The notes beneath the pieces were generated by a model. The model was not told the DNA's origin. It did not search any database and saw only the letters and a program-made list of their open reading frames with translations. Below are positions 23,031 through 37,236 of a stretch of DNA of 64,000 nucleotides, piece after piece. The translations under genes and the position numbers were made by a program. How positions within the stretch are numbered: the stretch's first letter is position 1; every line of letters starts with the position of its first letter. Location of the stretch: positions 1 to 64,000 of the forward strand of contig NIVC01003200.1 of assembly GCA_002269645.1 (NCBI GenBank), read 5' to 3'. Source of the stretch: Macrostomum lignano. Taxonomy: Eukaryota.

Positions 23031-24149
23031 TTGGAGGCTTAAATCTTTCAGGCCATGTAAAATTTAGATGTTTTGAAAGCACCAACAGTCCAGTGCCCAG
23101 TGCCACTTCCTATGTGGCAGGACAATAGCAAGCATAAAGGAGGCCGCGGAGTTGAAAGAAGCTGCTTTCAGACCTCAAAGCGATGAAGCGGATGCTTTTC
23201 CATAGAATTGGAAATTGAAAACAGACAGCCAGGAAATGCCATTTTGCTGGTTTAGTTCGCAAGAAAGGAGCAATTTTAAGGGCCAGGCTTCCTTTGGCAC
23301 TTCCGGAATGAAGTTATGGCAGATTATTGAGAAATTTCACTTTCGATGATGGAGATGCTGACTGTTGTAAAGTGAGTTTACTCACTGGTTTGTTCTGCTA
23401 GTTTGTGATTGGGGGTCAAGGGATGCGATGTACATGCGCGCTCTGTTTGTATATGTACATGCGTTCTCGAGTAAATATAAGAATAGCTCCACCCTTCGGG
23501 TGAGGGTTTGAATTTTGTTTTCTGGACTAAACCTGACTGGCTTGTCTCTCGCTCACCACACTGACTGTTTGGGGCACTGAACGTTTCGTGTCGACCTGCC
23601 TGAGGCTGAGGCCCGCACACCCTGGTTCTGCAATCATGGCTAAATGAATCTCGACTTGATCCTCCCCAAACAGCTACAAATTACAATCAATAAGCCATGT
23701 TAAGGTGAAGATTGTTACGGGTGTCACCTGATCTCACGCGGCGGCTCAAAATTCACGGATTAAAAAAGTGGGGGGAGTCGGAGAGAAAGGAAAGGAGGCG
23801 GGGTAGCGCTCGGAGGACAAAGATGGGGATGAATGAGGCGCATTGATTGGGAGAAAAGAGAAAGGGATTTGGGAAGCTGAGTGACTGGCCTATTTGGTGC
23901 TGAGTGACGGACGGCTTGCAGAAGCTGTTTTAGCTTCATCATCATGCAAGGGAAGCTGGCGGCGGCCCCGCACGCGAACTCTTTGAATAGAGGGCGGAAG
24001 CGAAGAAAATTGGTGCCTCATCATCATTGCCACCTTCCCTCCTCTTTCCAGCTTCCTCAGTTCCTGCGCTATTCTTCTCGGGCCCAAAGACCCAAGCCGC
24101 AATGTGGTCATTAGCCCATTAGCAGTGCGCCTCCCCAAGCCCAGCCCAA

Positions 24150-24417
24150 TGTCCCCTCCCCCCAAATTAATTCCCCCAGCCTCCACGTGCGTGGAAGAAA
24201 ACATGGAGCCGATGCACCGCAGCTGATTGGCCAGCTTGGCACAGCTGATGGCGTGGCGGACCTGTCGGTATTGGCTGCTCAGGGGAGCAGTGAAATCCAC
24301 TCTCTCCCATCCCAACCCCAACTCCTGCCGTCCCAACAGCTCAGCGCCTTATATTAATTTCAAATTGCGCTTCAACTTTCTTAAGACAAATTGTATGAAG
24401 ACCAGCATTGATTAGCC
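24150..24417 (+). promoter_or_regulatory. Candidate Vsx proximal promoter
   Basis: Reverse CCAAT motifs (CTGATTGGCC ~24226, GTATTGGC ~24269), TATA-like TTATATTAA at ~24349 and TAATT sites upstream of the ATG. Confidence 0.4.
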
Positions 24418-25051
24418 ATGTACCATCTGGACATGAACATGAGCAGTCTGCCGAATTTTTCGCACAACTTTTTGGCTCAGACGGCTTCAAGATTCTATGC
24501 GGCTGGAGGAGCTGCTGAACAGACTCAGCAGCCGATGCAGCAGCCGATGCAGCAGCCGCCGTCTTCATCGATGCTGCAGACTTCTGGCCAGCAGCAGTCC
24601 TCCATTGGCAGGGCTGCCAGCTTCGCCATTCACGAGCTGCTCGGTCTTGGCGGCGGCGGCGGCGGCGGCGGAGGCGGCGGCACCGGCCAGCCAGTCGTTC
24701 CATCAGCTTCGTCATCCGCGCACCAGCAGCTGGGCTACGGCACGGCATCAAGCAGCGGTTACCATGGTATGGCCGCTGCCGCGGCAGCTGCAGCAGCGGC
24801 CGCCGCCGCCGAGGACTGCTGGCGAATGTCGCTGGCCGCCGGCACGGCGGGCAGCATAGGCAACGGCGGCGAATCCGACGCCAGGGATGCCAGATCGGCA
24901 GTCGCCGCGGCGGCGGCGGCGGCGGCTGCGGCGGCCGCATCAACAGGAGTCTGGCCGTCGGTGTCCGCCCCGGCAATTGTCGCTGGCGGCGGCGTCGGCG
25001 GTGCGAACGGCGGCCCGTCGCCCAGCAATTCGTCAGCAGCCTTTGGCAGCC
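24418..25051 (+). CDS. Vsx: Vsx (visual system homeobox / Chx10 / ceh-10) exon 1
   Basis: MYHLDMN..., eh1/octapeptide-like FAIHELLGL (VSX2 has FGIQEILGL), poly-Gly and poly-Ala tracts. Donor C|GTGAGT, phase 1. Confidence 0.88.
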
Positions 25052-25055
25052 GTGA

Positions 25056-25109
25056 GTCTCTCTCTCTCCCTCTCTCTCCCTCTCCCCCTCTCTCTCTTTC
25101 TCTCCCTCC

Positions 25110-25146
<37 letters not shown>

Positions 25147-25226
25147 TCTCTTTCTCTCTCTCTCCCCCTCTCTCTCTCCCTCCTTCTCTGTCTCTCTCCC
25201 CCCCTCTCTCTCTGCCTCTCTCTACT
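25056..25226. repeat. (CT)n-rich tract at the start of Vsx intron 1
   Basis: Directly follows the donor. Confidence 0.95.
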
Positions 25227-26236
25227 GTGAATAATTTTGCACCTGTTCAGGTCAGAGGCAATTTAGCCAGTGATTGCGGTGCAAGAGGGTTGAAAAACAC
25301 GCCACAGAATTCCTGGTTGCGGCTGGCTCCCCATGGAGCGCTCGCTCTCCATAACTCAATCTGCTTTCTTGGAAAGCTACTTGTTATTCCCCTTCCTGGT
25401 TCTCTTTTTTAAGCCTCTCTCTCTCTAGCTGAAGAGTGGCCGGGCCTTATAAAAATCCCAACCTCTGTAAGAAGGCGCGAATCGACTTTTCTCTCGCAGG
25501 CCAAGGCTGAAGTGACTTTCACTGGGGCCCGCGCAGAGGTGTGGAGTCTGTAGCTGATTTAACCCGTGTACCAGCAACTTCATCAACTCATCTTCTCAAC
25601 CCCGCCACCACCTGCGTGGCCCACATCAATTAACAACTATACAACTGGGATGCATACACAGCATGTATAGATTAGAACTTCTGACTTCCCAGCCTATGGT
25701 TGGGCCACGCGCGGGTTGTTGTATGAAAAATTTGATAATTAAAATATCCACTCTCGCTGAGCCTGCATCACCCCCGCCCCCAATTCCATTCTCCACACTG
25801 TAGGTGTGATTGACAGTTGTCATGTGTTGGACAAAATATTGCATCCCAAGACTATGCTAATGTTGCTGACCCAAGGGGGATGGGCCTGGGGAGGCCCGCA
25901 TAAGGCACAGCGAGTGATGAGATCATTAAATTTTAATTTGATCTTCAACTTATTTTTTTGTTCAGTCTAGGGGCGAAGGAATCAAGCGCTAGCATATTGA
26001 CTTTTATATAATATTAATAATTTCCCCACTCAATGTCCCAGAACGGGTGCCGCGAATTTGGGATTAGTAGATGAGGGCTGGGCACCTGGTGATGGGGGTG
26101 AGAAAGGGAAAGTGAGAGAAACCCGCGCCTCAGTTGCCGGGTGGCTTCGCGTCACGGGATGCTCGGGATTGGGGATATGCGGCATTGTCTGAGAGGCCAT
26201 GCTATTCCCATTGTTGTGCCTGCCAGCATCCCAGTT

Positions 26237-26716
26237 CAGTCCCAAGCGCGCCAGTCCCAAGCGCGCCAGTCCCAAGCGCGCCAGTCCCAAGCGCGCCAGT
26301 CCAAGCGCGCCAGTCCCAAGCGCGCCAGTCCCAAGCGCGCCAGTCCCAAGCGCGCCAGTCCCAAGCGCGCCAGTCCCAAGCGCGCCAGTCCCAAGCGCGC
26401 CAGTCCCAAGCGCGCCAGTCCCAAGCGCGCCAGTCCCAAGCGCGCCAGTCCCAAGCGCGCCAGTCCCAAGCGCGCCAGTCCCAAGCGCGCCAGTCCCAAG
26501 CGCGCCAGTCCCAAGCGCGCCAGTCCCAAGCGCGCCAGTCCCAAGCGCGCCAGTCCCAAGCGCGCCAGTCCCAAGCGCGCCAGTCCCAAGCGCGCCAGTC
26601 CCAAGCGCGCCAGTCCCAAGCGCGCCAGTCCCAAGCGCGCCAGTCCCAAGCGCGCCAGTCCCAAGCGCGCCAGTCCCAAGCGCGCCAGTCCCAAGCGCGC
26701 CAGTCCCAAGCGCGCT
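26237..26716. repeat. 15-bp minisatellite CAGTCCCAAGCGCGC (~32 copies)
   Basis: Nearly perfect array with a single 1-bp deletion. It ends in GCGCGCTAGT. Confidence 0.98.
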
Positions 26717-26858
26717 AGTGTACTAAAAATATTTTTTAAAAATTGTAAAGGATTTAAAATTGGGCATAAATTCTCAACTACCCGTAGAGACAGGCTCATA
26801 AATCTGTTCCATATCTGACTCGCGTATAAGTCACGGCATATCGGTGCATTTTTTTCAG

Positions 26859-26952
26859 TTGACCAGCGCCACCACCACTCCATGAGCAACCTGCTTGACG
26901 ATAACCTGTTTACCAACAGCGCCAAGAAAAAGAAGAAGAAGCGACGCCACCG
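26859..26952 (+). CDS. Vsx: Vsx exon 2
   Basis: TTTTTCAG acceptor. (L)DQRHHHSMSNLLDDNLFTNSAKKKKKKRRH(R) contains the NLS and homeodomain N-arm. Donor CG|GTGAGT, phase 2. Confidence 0.92.
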
Positions 26953-27122
26953 GTGAGTTCAGGAAATTTATGGCATCATTTTTAGATAGATAAATAGATA
27001 GACGAAATTAATAAAAAACCCACACACACAGTGAGGGAAACTACTCGTTTAATTTTTTAATCAGGCGACCAAATTTTCGGCCAGATCGTGGCCTTCGTCA
27101 GGGTCCGAAAAAATATTTTAGA

Positions 27123-28576
<1,454 letters not shown>

Positions 28577-29028
28577 ACAGATAGGCTTTAGTGCCTGCCA
28601 CTGTGTTCCAATGCATTCAGGCCCAGATTGACAGCAGCAGATGCCACACTGGATGCTTGGCGCTGCAATAATAATTTCTCTCCCATAAGTCCCATAAAAG
28701 CCAGCCACCCTATGCTGCAGCACACTTAATCTCCTAATTCCCAGCATCCCATATGCAGTTCGAGGCCAATCATCAGACTAACTAACTAGCAATTAGCAGT
28801 GCACGCAGTTCCACCCGTCGAACCGTCTGCTTCAAGAACAAAGCAGTGGCAAGGAGAAGTTCAGACGGCTTGCATGTGAACAGCTGGTTGCAGTCGAAAT
28901 CTTAACCTAGAAGTATAGGATTGGAAATCACTTAAGAATGAAAAACAATAAGGAGATGAAAATCAACAAACGAATGGTTTTGAAGCCACCCGAAGATTCA
29001 GAGGAGAGATATTAGAGAAACTCTGAAA

Positions 29029-29410
29029 ATCTCACCCTGAGATCCCATAAGGAGATACTATAAGAAATCCGAAATCTCACCATGAGATCCCATAAGGGAA
29101 TGTTTAGAACTCCGAAAATCTCACCCTGAGATCCCACAAGGAGATGTTCTAGAACTCCGAAAGTCTCACCCTGAGATCCCACAAGGAGATGTTCTAGAAC
29201 TCCGAAAGTCTCACCCTGAGATCCCACAAGGAGATGTTCTAGAACTCCGAAAGTCTCACCCTGAGATCCCACAAGGAGATGTTCTAGAACTCCGAAAGTC
29301 TCACCCTGAGATCCCATAAGGGGGTAGTCTAGAACTCCCAAAATCTTACCCTGAGATCCCTTACGCTCGTAATGAGAGGTTCTAGAACCCAGAAAATCTC
29401 ACGATGAGAT
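29029..29410. repeat. 45-bp minisatellite CTCACCCTGAGATCCCACAAGGAGATGTTCTAGAACTCCGAAAGT
   Basis: ~8 units ending ~60 nt before the exon 3 acceptor. Confidence 0.93.
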
Positions 29411-29468
29411 GATATTCAGGACCAAGAAATGCAACAAAGTTTCACCGCATCCATCCATCTCACCGCAG

Positions 29469-29773
29469 CACAATATTCACCAGCTACCAGCTGGAGGAGC
29501 TTGAGAAGGCATTCGGCGAGGCGCATTATCCCGACGTCTACCAGCGCGAGGTGCTCAGCCTGAAGACCGACCTGCCCGAGGATCGGATCCAGGTGTGGTT
29601 TCAGAACCGGCGAGCCAAGTGGCGCAAGACAGAGAAAACCTGGGGCAAGTCCTCCATCATGGCAGAGTACGGCTTGTACGGAGCCATGGTGAGGCACTCG
29701 CTGCCGCTGCCGGAGAACATCCTCAAGGGCTGCAGCGGCTCGCCTGAGAAGTCCAGCGCCCCCTGGCTGCTGG
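29469..29773 (+). CDS. Vsx: Vsx exon 3: homeodomain and CVC domain
   Basis: (R)[86 protein letters not shown]...APWLL. This is a Q50 paired-like homeodomain followed by the diagnostic CVC domain. Confidence 0.98.
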
Positions 29774-29789
29774 GTGAGTTCCGTGATAT

Positions 29790-30184
<395 letters not shown>

Positions 30185-30576
30185 AATTCCGCCAGTTATT
30201 AACTCTCGTTATTATCCCCAATGCACCACAGGCGCACTCTATCAGCATGGTTGCACTTTCTAATTTCCATTATTTACTTTCAAGATTAAAAAAGCCACGC
30301 AAGAGCTTAGACACGAAGTTTGTCGTGGTGCTCTGGGGATCATTGAAAAACTTTGCTCCGTTTGGTCCGCTAATGAGGCAGCAGTCTGCGGCAGGCCTGG
30401 ACTGCCGAATCAGTAAATGCCTCGATTTTCTGGTTAAAAACTGGCAAAACTGGTGTAATATTTTGTCGTCTAATGTTAAAGCAAGGTGAACTGCTCACAC
30501 TGATGTCTCTAACGGCGGGAGAACCTGGACGAATTTCTAATTAATGACATATTTAGAAACTTTGTAACTTTGGTGG

Positions 30577-30602
30577 TTAGTTAGTTAGTCAGTTAGTTAG
30601 TC

Positions 30603-30654
<52 letters not shown>

Positions 30655-30669
30655 GGTAAGTTAGTTATA

Positions 30670-30746
<77 letters not shown>

Positions 30747-30779
30747 CAGTCAGTTAGTTAGTTAGTTAGTTAGTTAGTC

Positions 30780-30858
<79 letters not shown>

Positions 30859-30879
30859 CAGTTAGTTAGTTAGTCAGTC

Positions 30880-30974
<95 letters not shown>

Positions 30975-30975
30975 C

Positions 30976-31022
<47 letters not shown>

Positions 31023-31043
31023 CAGTTAGTTAGTTAGTCAGTC

Positions 31044-31086
<43 letters not shown>

Positions 31087-31087
31087 C

Positions 31088-31126
<39 letters not shown>

Positions 31127-31127
31127 C

Positions 31128-31170
<43 letters not shown>

Positions 31171-31203
31171 CAGTTAGTTAGTTAGTCAGTCAGTTAGTTA
31201 GTC

Positions 31204-31294
<91 letters not shown>

Positions 31295-31327
31295 CAGTCA
31301 GTTAGTTAGTTAGTTAGTTAGTTAGTC

Positions 31328-31376
<49 letters not shown>

Positions 31377-31431
31377 GTCAGTCAGTTAGTTAGTTAGTTA
31401 GTTAGTTAGTCAGTCAGTTAGTCAGTCAGTC

Positions 31432-31480
<49 letters not shown>
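30577..31480. repeat. (GTTA)n microsatellite with GTCA variants
   Basis: Lies in Vsx intron 3. Confidence 0.98.
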
Positions 31481-31511
31481 TCAAGGCAACAGTCTCACCG
31501 CAGTCAGCGAA

Positions 31512-31568
31512 CCCCTGACTTTCCCATCGCTAGATATGTACACTCTCTGAGCCTTGGGGGTTGACTCT
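31512..31568 (+). repeat. Dispersed repeat fragment shared with 54229-54287
   Basis: CCCTGACTTT...AGA(T/C)ATGTACACTCT.TG.GCCTT..GG.TTGACTCT aligns between the two sites. Confidence 0.55.
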
Positions 31569-31646
31569 GTAAAGAGTCTCACAACATGCCACATGCCTGT
31601 TACTAATTAAATACTGATTTGGCCAAATTTCTCCCCCATTCGGCAG

Positions 31647-31831
31647 GCATGCACAAGAAAAGTTTGGAAGCGTCCAAAAAATTCAAAGAACAGTCCGAAC
31701 TCTCGTCCGAGGACAACGAGCCAGTCATGGACGAGGACGGCGCCCTCGAACACAACGTCCTTGGCGAGCAACAGCAGCAACAGCGGCCGTCGGCGACGGG
31801 GAATCCTGGGAGCGCGAGCCAATCGGAATAG
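31647..31831 (+). CDS. Vsx: Vsx exon 4 (terminal)
   Basis: CGGCAG|GC ATG CAC AAG gives (G)MHKKSLEASKK...SQSE*, completing the CVC motif WLLGMHKKSLE. Spliced CDS is 1218 nt (405 aa). Confidence 0.92.
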
Positions 31832-31995
31832 CCGTGACCTTGGGGAAACCCCCGCCCGTGCTCGTCTCTGATTGGCCAAGCTGAGGCAGTCTTGCCCCTA
31901 TAAATATACCTATACACAAATGGCTGAAATGGTTCGCAATGCAAACAGAAATCTGTCGCCACTTGCACAGCTGTATACATAATGATTATAAGCCT

Positions 31996-32001
31996 AATAA
32001 A
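31996..32001 (+). terminator. Candidate Vsx polyadenylation signal AATAAA
   Basis: First AATAAA downstream of the stop codon (~165 nt). Confidence 0.4.
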
Positions 32002-32295
32002 CTATTGTGAGCATTACTAATGCATTATCAATACGGTTTGCTTTTTCTGCCTACCTGATTGCCCACTTCACAATAATAGTGTTTAATTATACATGTAATT
32101 TCTTTCTTAGCTGCGTGAATATTGCACACAGGTGCGAATGCAAATATAATATTTAATGAATCATCGCGCGCTTAGACAACTAAAAGAATTTCAATTCTTT
32201 AAAAAAGAGAATTCACGTAAATTTTCTTCCTTCTTTTGTTAACTTGATCAAGTGAAAGGTCAAATTATCAAGGATTAGCATAATCGGTGTACGGG

Positions 32296-33372
32296 ATGCG
32301 CCAAGTGGGGGCGCCAAGTTGGGGGGGGTCACCAAGTGGGGGACGCCGTGTGGAGGGGGCGCCAAGTGGAGGCGCCATGTGGGGGGCGCCAAGTGGGGGC
32401 GCCATGTGGGGGGCACCAAGTGGGGGCGCCATGTGGGGGGGCGCCAAGTGGGGGCGCCATGTGGGGGGGGCACCAAGTGGGGGCGCCATGTGGGAGGGCA
32501 CCAAGTGGGGGCGCCATGTGGGGGGGCACCAAGTGGGGCGCCATGTGGGGGCACCAAGTGGGGGCGCCATGTGGGGGCACCAAGTGGGGGCGCCATGTGG
32601 GGGGGGCGCCAAGTGGGGGCGCCATGTGGGGGGGCACCAAGTGGGGGCGCCATGTGGGGGGGGCGCCAAGTGGGGGCGCCATGTGGGGGGGGGCACCAAG
32701 TGGGGGCGCCATGTGGGGGGGGTGCCAAGTGGGGGCCCCAACTTGGGGGGTGCCAACTGGTGAGGGCGCCAGTTGAGCTCGGGGCAATGTCCTTGAGGGG
32801 GTCACTGTCCTTGGGGGACATTGTCCTTAGGGGGCACTGTCCTTGTGGGCACTGTCCTTGGGGGTCACTGTCCTTGGGGGGCACTGTCCTTGGGGGGGGG
32901 GGGGGAACTGTCTTTGGGGTCACTGTCTTTGGGGGCACTGTCCTTTGGGGGCACTGTCCTTGGGGCACTGTCCTTGGGGTCACTGTCCTTGGGGGCACCA
33001 TCCTTGTGGGGCACTGTCCTTGGGGGTCACTGTCCTGGGGGGCACTGTCCTTGGAGGGGTGAACTGTCTTTGGGGGCACTGTCCTTTGGGGGCACTGTCC
33101 TTGGGGGCACTGTCCTTGGGGGCACTGTCCTTGGGGGTCACTGTCCTTGGGGCACTCTACTTGGGGGACACTGTCCTTGGGGGCACTGTCTTTGGGGGGG
33201 GCACTGTCCTTGGGGGGCACTGTCCTTGGGGGCACTCTACTTGGGGGGACACTGTCCTTGGGGGCACTGTCTTTGGGGGGGGCACTGTCCTTGGGGGGCA
33301 CTGTCCTTGGGGTGCACTCTACTTGGGGGGACATTGTCCCTGAGGGGACACTGTCCTTGGGGGACACTGTCC
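32296..33372. repeat. Two adjacent G-rich minisatellites: (GGCGCCATGTG5-8GCACCAAGTGGG)n and (GGGGGCACTGTCCTTG)n
   Basis: G-runs of 4-14 nt on the plus strand. The arrays switch at ~32770. Confidence 0.96.
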
Positions 33373-34269
33373 ATCCAAGGATGCATCGGGTCATTCGGAT
33401 GTCGGGGTCGGTTGTACACAACAGAACAATGAGATTCGGTCAGTTTATTATTGCCATTGAGAATTGAGCTTAAAATAAACAGGAAGGATACTCGACCACA
33501 AAGCAGCATACGGTAGGTGGCTACAATTAGGCCGGTGAAGTCTAGGCAACCCACCGACCTGCCTCCTCTCTCCCACAATCCCCAGCTCAGCGGGGGGCAT
33601 TCGTTCGTGAGCAGGGAACAATGGGGGGGTCTTGGCGGCCGCGTGCGGTTTCTGGGGATCATCTGGTGAAACTCTGCGATTTCTCATTCCATCTATCGTC
33701 TCGTTGGCGGCAGGGTCGGCGGCTGCCACCAAGGGGGAGGCATCTGCCAAGAGGCTCCAGTGAGAGCGGGCTCGCGTGATGATTGCGGAGTCCAGCAGAA
33801 CCCGGGCGCAAGACTTCCCGCTGCGTCGTTCAGAGCTCAAAGCAGATTTTAATTTTTTTCTTTTTCAAAGTTTCTACTTTCAGATTTTTCTGCGCAGTGC
33901 TACAAGAAAGAATTGAGTAGCTGGTTTCTTTTGATCACTCTTCTTACTTCCTTATTCTAACTAATTTTTCTGGCCACTGTGCAACTTTTTTCCCTGCTGA
34001 TGACGACGGTGATGAGGCACAATAGTGTGGCTGGGCGCGAGGCTGAGGGGAGTAATTAATTTGCTAATAAATTGGCATTTAAGTCGGCGCCGGCACAGAA
34101 AGGCGGTGGGGGGGGGCCTCCACCGGGCGTGTCTAAACGGGCGGAAGCGCGAGACTGTATGGGGAGGCTGGTGGAACCGATGATGGGGAGAGCTTTTTGA
34201 CACGTTAGACTCGCAGGGGGACTCAGGGCGCGGAACCGTATTGGGGGGGGATTGAAGGAAAGTCTAGAG

Positions 34270-35057
34270 GCTCCGGAGTGGCCCTCTCCTCAGCCTAGCG
34301 GGCCAAGGAGAACTTAAACGAAATTTGGGCGGGCCAGACGAGAGAGGAAAGGAGAGGGAATGGAAGGGAGAGAGGAGAGAGGAGATGAGAGGATAGATCA
34401 GTGAGAGATGCAAGGAGGGAGAAGAGATGAGAGACGAGATGATAGATGAGATAAGAGATGCAAGGAGAGAAGAGAAAGGAGATGAGATGATAGATGAGGT
34501 AAGAGATGCAAGGAGAGAAGAGAAAGGAGATGAGATGATAGATGAGGTAAGAGATGCAAGGAGAGAAGAGAAATGAGATGAGATGATAGATGAGATAAGA
34601 GATGAGAGACGAGATGATATAGATGAGGTAAGAGATGCAAGTAGAGAAGAGAAAGGAGATGAGATGATAGATGAGATAAGAGATGAGAAGGATAAATGAG
34701 ACAAGAGATGCAAGGAGGGAGAAGAGATGAGAGACGAGATGATAGATGAGATAAGAGATGCAAGGAGAGAAGAGAAATGAGATGAGATGATAGATCAGAT
34801 AAGAGATGAGAGACGAGATGATATAGATGAGGTAAGAGATGCAGGGAGAGAAGAGAAAGGAGATGAGATGATAGATGAGATAAGAGATGAGAAGGATAAA
34901 TGAGACAAGAGATGCAAGGAGTGAGAAGAGATGAGATGAGAGAGGAGATGAGAGAGAAGAGACACAAACCTTGAGCGGGCCGGCCGGATTGCTATTGCAA
35001 AATTTCAAAGCTGAGGCCCCTCCCGAGACGGATTTCGCGGACCCCTTGTTTGACACA
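34270..35057 (-). mobile_element. hAT-type non-autonomous element carrying an internal purine-rich tandem array (34340-34960)
   Basis: The right part (GAGAAGAGACA..TGAGC.GGCC.GATTGCTATTG..A.TTTCAAAG...TTCGCGGACC..GTTTG.C) is the reverse-complement homologue of 4605-4702. The left part has GCGGGCCA motifs typical of hAT subtermini. GTCTAGAG (Charlie target consensus) lies at 34262. Confidence 0.55.
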
Positions 35058-36097
35058 GAGCAGACAGTCCAGTTTCTGTACTAAGTTTGTAATAAGTTTA
35101 TCATAGCTCACATAGCTTTATTGTTTGGTTGATTAAATAAATTTTTATTAAACTGTTTTTGTACACATTCGAAAAAGACTATTAGCATCAAGGGCAACTG
35201 CTAACTCCAGGCTCTCCTTTAAAATTATCCTTGGCTAGGGCGCTTGCTGGAGGGCTAAGGGAGACGGATCGGGCGGAGACAGGCAAATGGGATAATTAGT
35301 GGGGTGGCGCTGCGGCCGCGGCCCACCTGGGGAGAGGAGAAACGTGATTTTTCGCCGGGACGATTTCGCAAAAAGACTTGGGGAGAAGACGAGGATGTCA
35401 AGAGCAGGGAGAGAGTAGAGAGAGCGAGAGCTGGGGAGACCAGAGGTGGATAGAGAACAGTAAAGATCCCCAATTGGGATTTTATCCCCTTGTAAAGCTT
35501 AAATTCAAATTGCCAGTCAAAAGTGGGTTGATGTCCTTAAGAAAACTGAGTACTGAAATTTGCAATATACAATTTCTATCTTATACGCAAGCAATTACCG
35601 GCAAGTTAAGCAGAGCTGGTAGCGGTTAGTACGCTCGTAGTCTACGCAGTTGAAGCAAGTCAGCATAGGCATCAAAATCAACCCTGCACCGGTGGGGAAG
35701 GCAGTGAGACAGGCGGTCTGCATCAAGTTTGAATCCGCTAATCTTCACCTCCCTCCTCTCTATCTGCTCTCTCTACTATAATTGGCCTCATTTACCTCAT
35801 TAGGGAATTCGAAGGTGAGGACGGAACGGCGAGGACTCACGCGGAGCCTCCCGCCTCTTTCTCGTGGCCTATACAGCCTCTCTATCGCTAGCGTGCGATA
35901 ATTTTGCATGCATCCTCATTTTGTCACACCCCTTCACTCAGCACAGGATTCGGGTTGCCCGCCACCGACCCCCCCCCCCCCGCCCCGAGGCGCGGTAGAA
36001 ACAGTGACCTGCTGGGAGAAAATCTGCATAGGAAACTTTATTCAGCACAGTCTGTGCTGCTCTTGTCTCACAGCGCCATTCTCTCGCTGCTCTCTTG

Positions 36098-36099
<2 letters not shown>

Positions 36100-36169
<70 letters not shown>

Positions 36170-36560
36170 GTGCATTCTAACCACTCCTCTGTTTTTTCTC
36201 GGTTCTCTCGCTTCTCTCTTCTCTTCTCTCCCTCCCCCTCTTCCTCCTAATTTCCTCCTCTCACCTCTCTCTCTCACCTTCTCCCTCTCTCACCTCTCTC
36301 TCCCTCTCACCTCTCTCTCTCTCTCACCTTCTCCCTCTCTCTGCACCTCTTACCCCCTCTCTCTTTCACCCCCCTCTCACCTCTCTCCCCCTCTCACCCC
36401 CTCTCCCTCTCTCACCTCTCTCTCTCACCCTTCTCTCTCTTTCCTCTTTTTCCCTCTCACCTCTTTTGCTCTCTCACCTCTCTCTCACCCTCCCCTCTCA
36501 CCCCTCTTTTTTCTCACCTCTCTTCCTCTCTCTCCCTCTGCTCCCTTTTTCTACCTCTCA
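36100..36560. repeat. (CT)n and CTCTCACC-type pyrimidine tract
   Basis: Low-complexity C/T region. Confidence 0.93.
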
Positions 36561-37236
36561 TCTCAGACAAAATCTCACGGCAAGAAGACAAAAGAAGGCG
36601 ATGACGGGCAACCCGCAGGCAGGAGCAGCAGCGCGGGCATCAGACCCGGGGATGGCGGGGATATCCTGTCCGCGCACCTTTCTTCACCTTCTCCGATTTC
36701 TCTCCCCCTACCTCAGTGTCACGCGCGCGAGCGAGAATATTTCCCATATCGACCTCTCGGGCTGCGACTGCAGCCCCTAATTACTAGGGTTTTTTATTCG
36801 AAGGTACAAAACAGCTTTGAGGCAGCGGTGAGGCCACATTGCCAGTGAAACTAATACGAGTATTTTTGTTTAAGACTATGTATAGATCCTTTAATCCTTT
36901 TCAGCTGACCAACTCAACTTCTTAACAAAGCCTCAGTTAACAAGTTCCTTAAGCCAATCTGCTGCTCTGATCAACCAATCTACGGATTCGTACCGTTCTA
37001 ACAGCCAACCTACCAACCAATCTACCCCTCTACCAACCAATCTAACAATCTGCCAACCAATCTACCACTCTACCAATTAATCAACCACTCTACCAACCAC
37101 TACCATTATAGTAACCAATGTACCACTCTACCAAGCAATCTATCAATCATTCTACCAACAAACCTACCATTCTACCGATCAATCTACTTCACACTCTAGC
37201 TACTTATTTTCCTCTCTACAAATCAAACTACATGTA

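Noticed and set aside
25500-25538. 39-nt cassette or poison exon in Vsx intron 1 (TTTTCTCTCGCAG acceptor, in-frame TGA)
   Set aside because: The donor GTGTGG is weak and nothing else supports it. It needs RNA-seq.
26700-26720. Helitron 3' end (GCGCGCTAG|T) terminating the 15-mer array
   Set aside because: CTAG is a one-base variant of the repeat's CCAG, and no hairpin or matching 5' TC end was found.
33448-33840. Minus-strand 130-aa ORF or possible OAR exon of Vsx
   Set aside because: No recognisable motif, and no OAR consensus on the plus strand.
36560-36790. Exon-like segment after the pyrimidine tract (TKSHGKKTKEGDDGQPAG...)
   Set aside because: No good donor, no homology and no frame link to Vsx.
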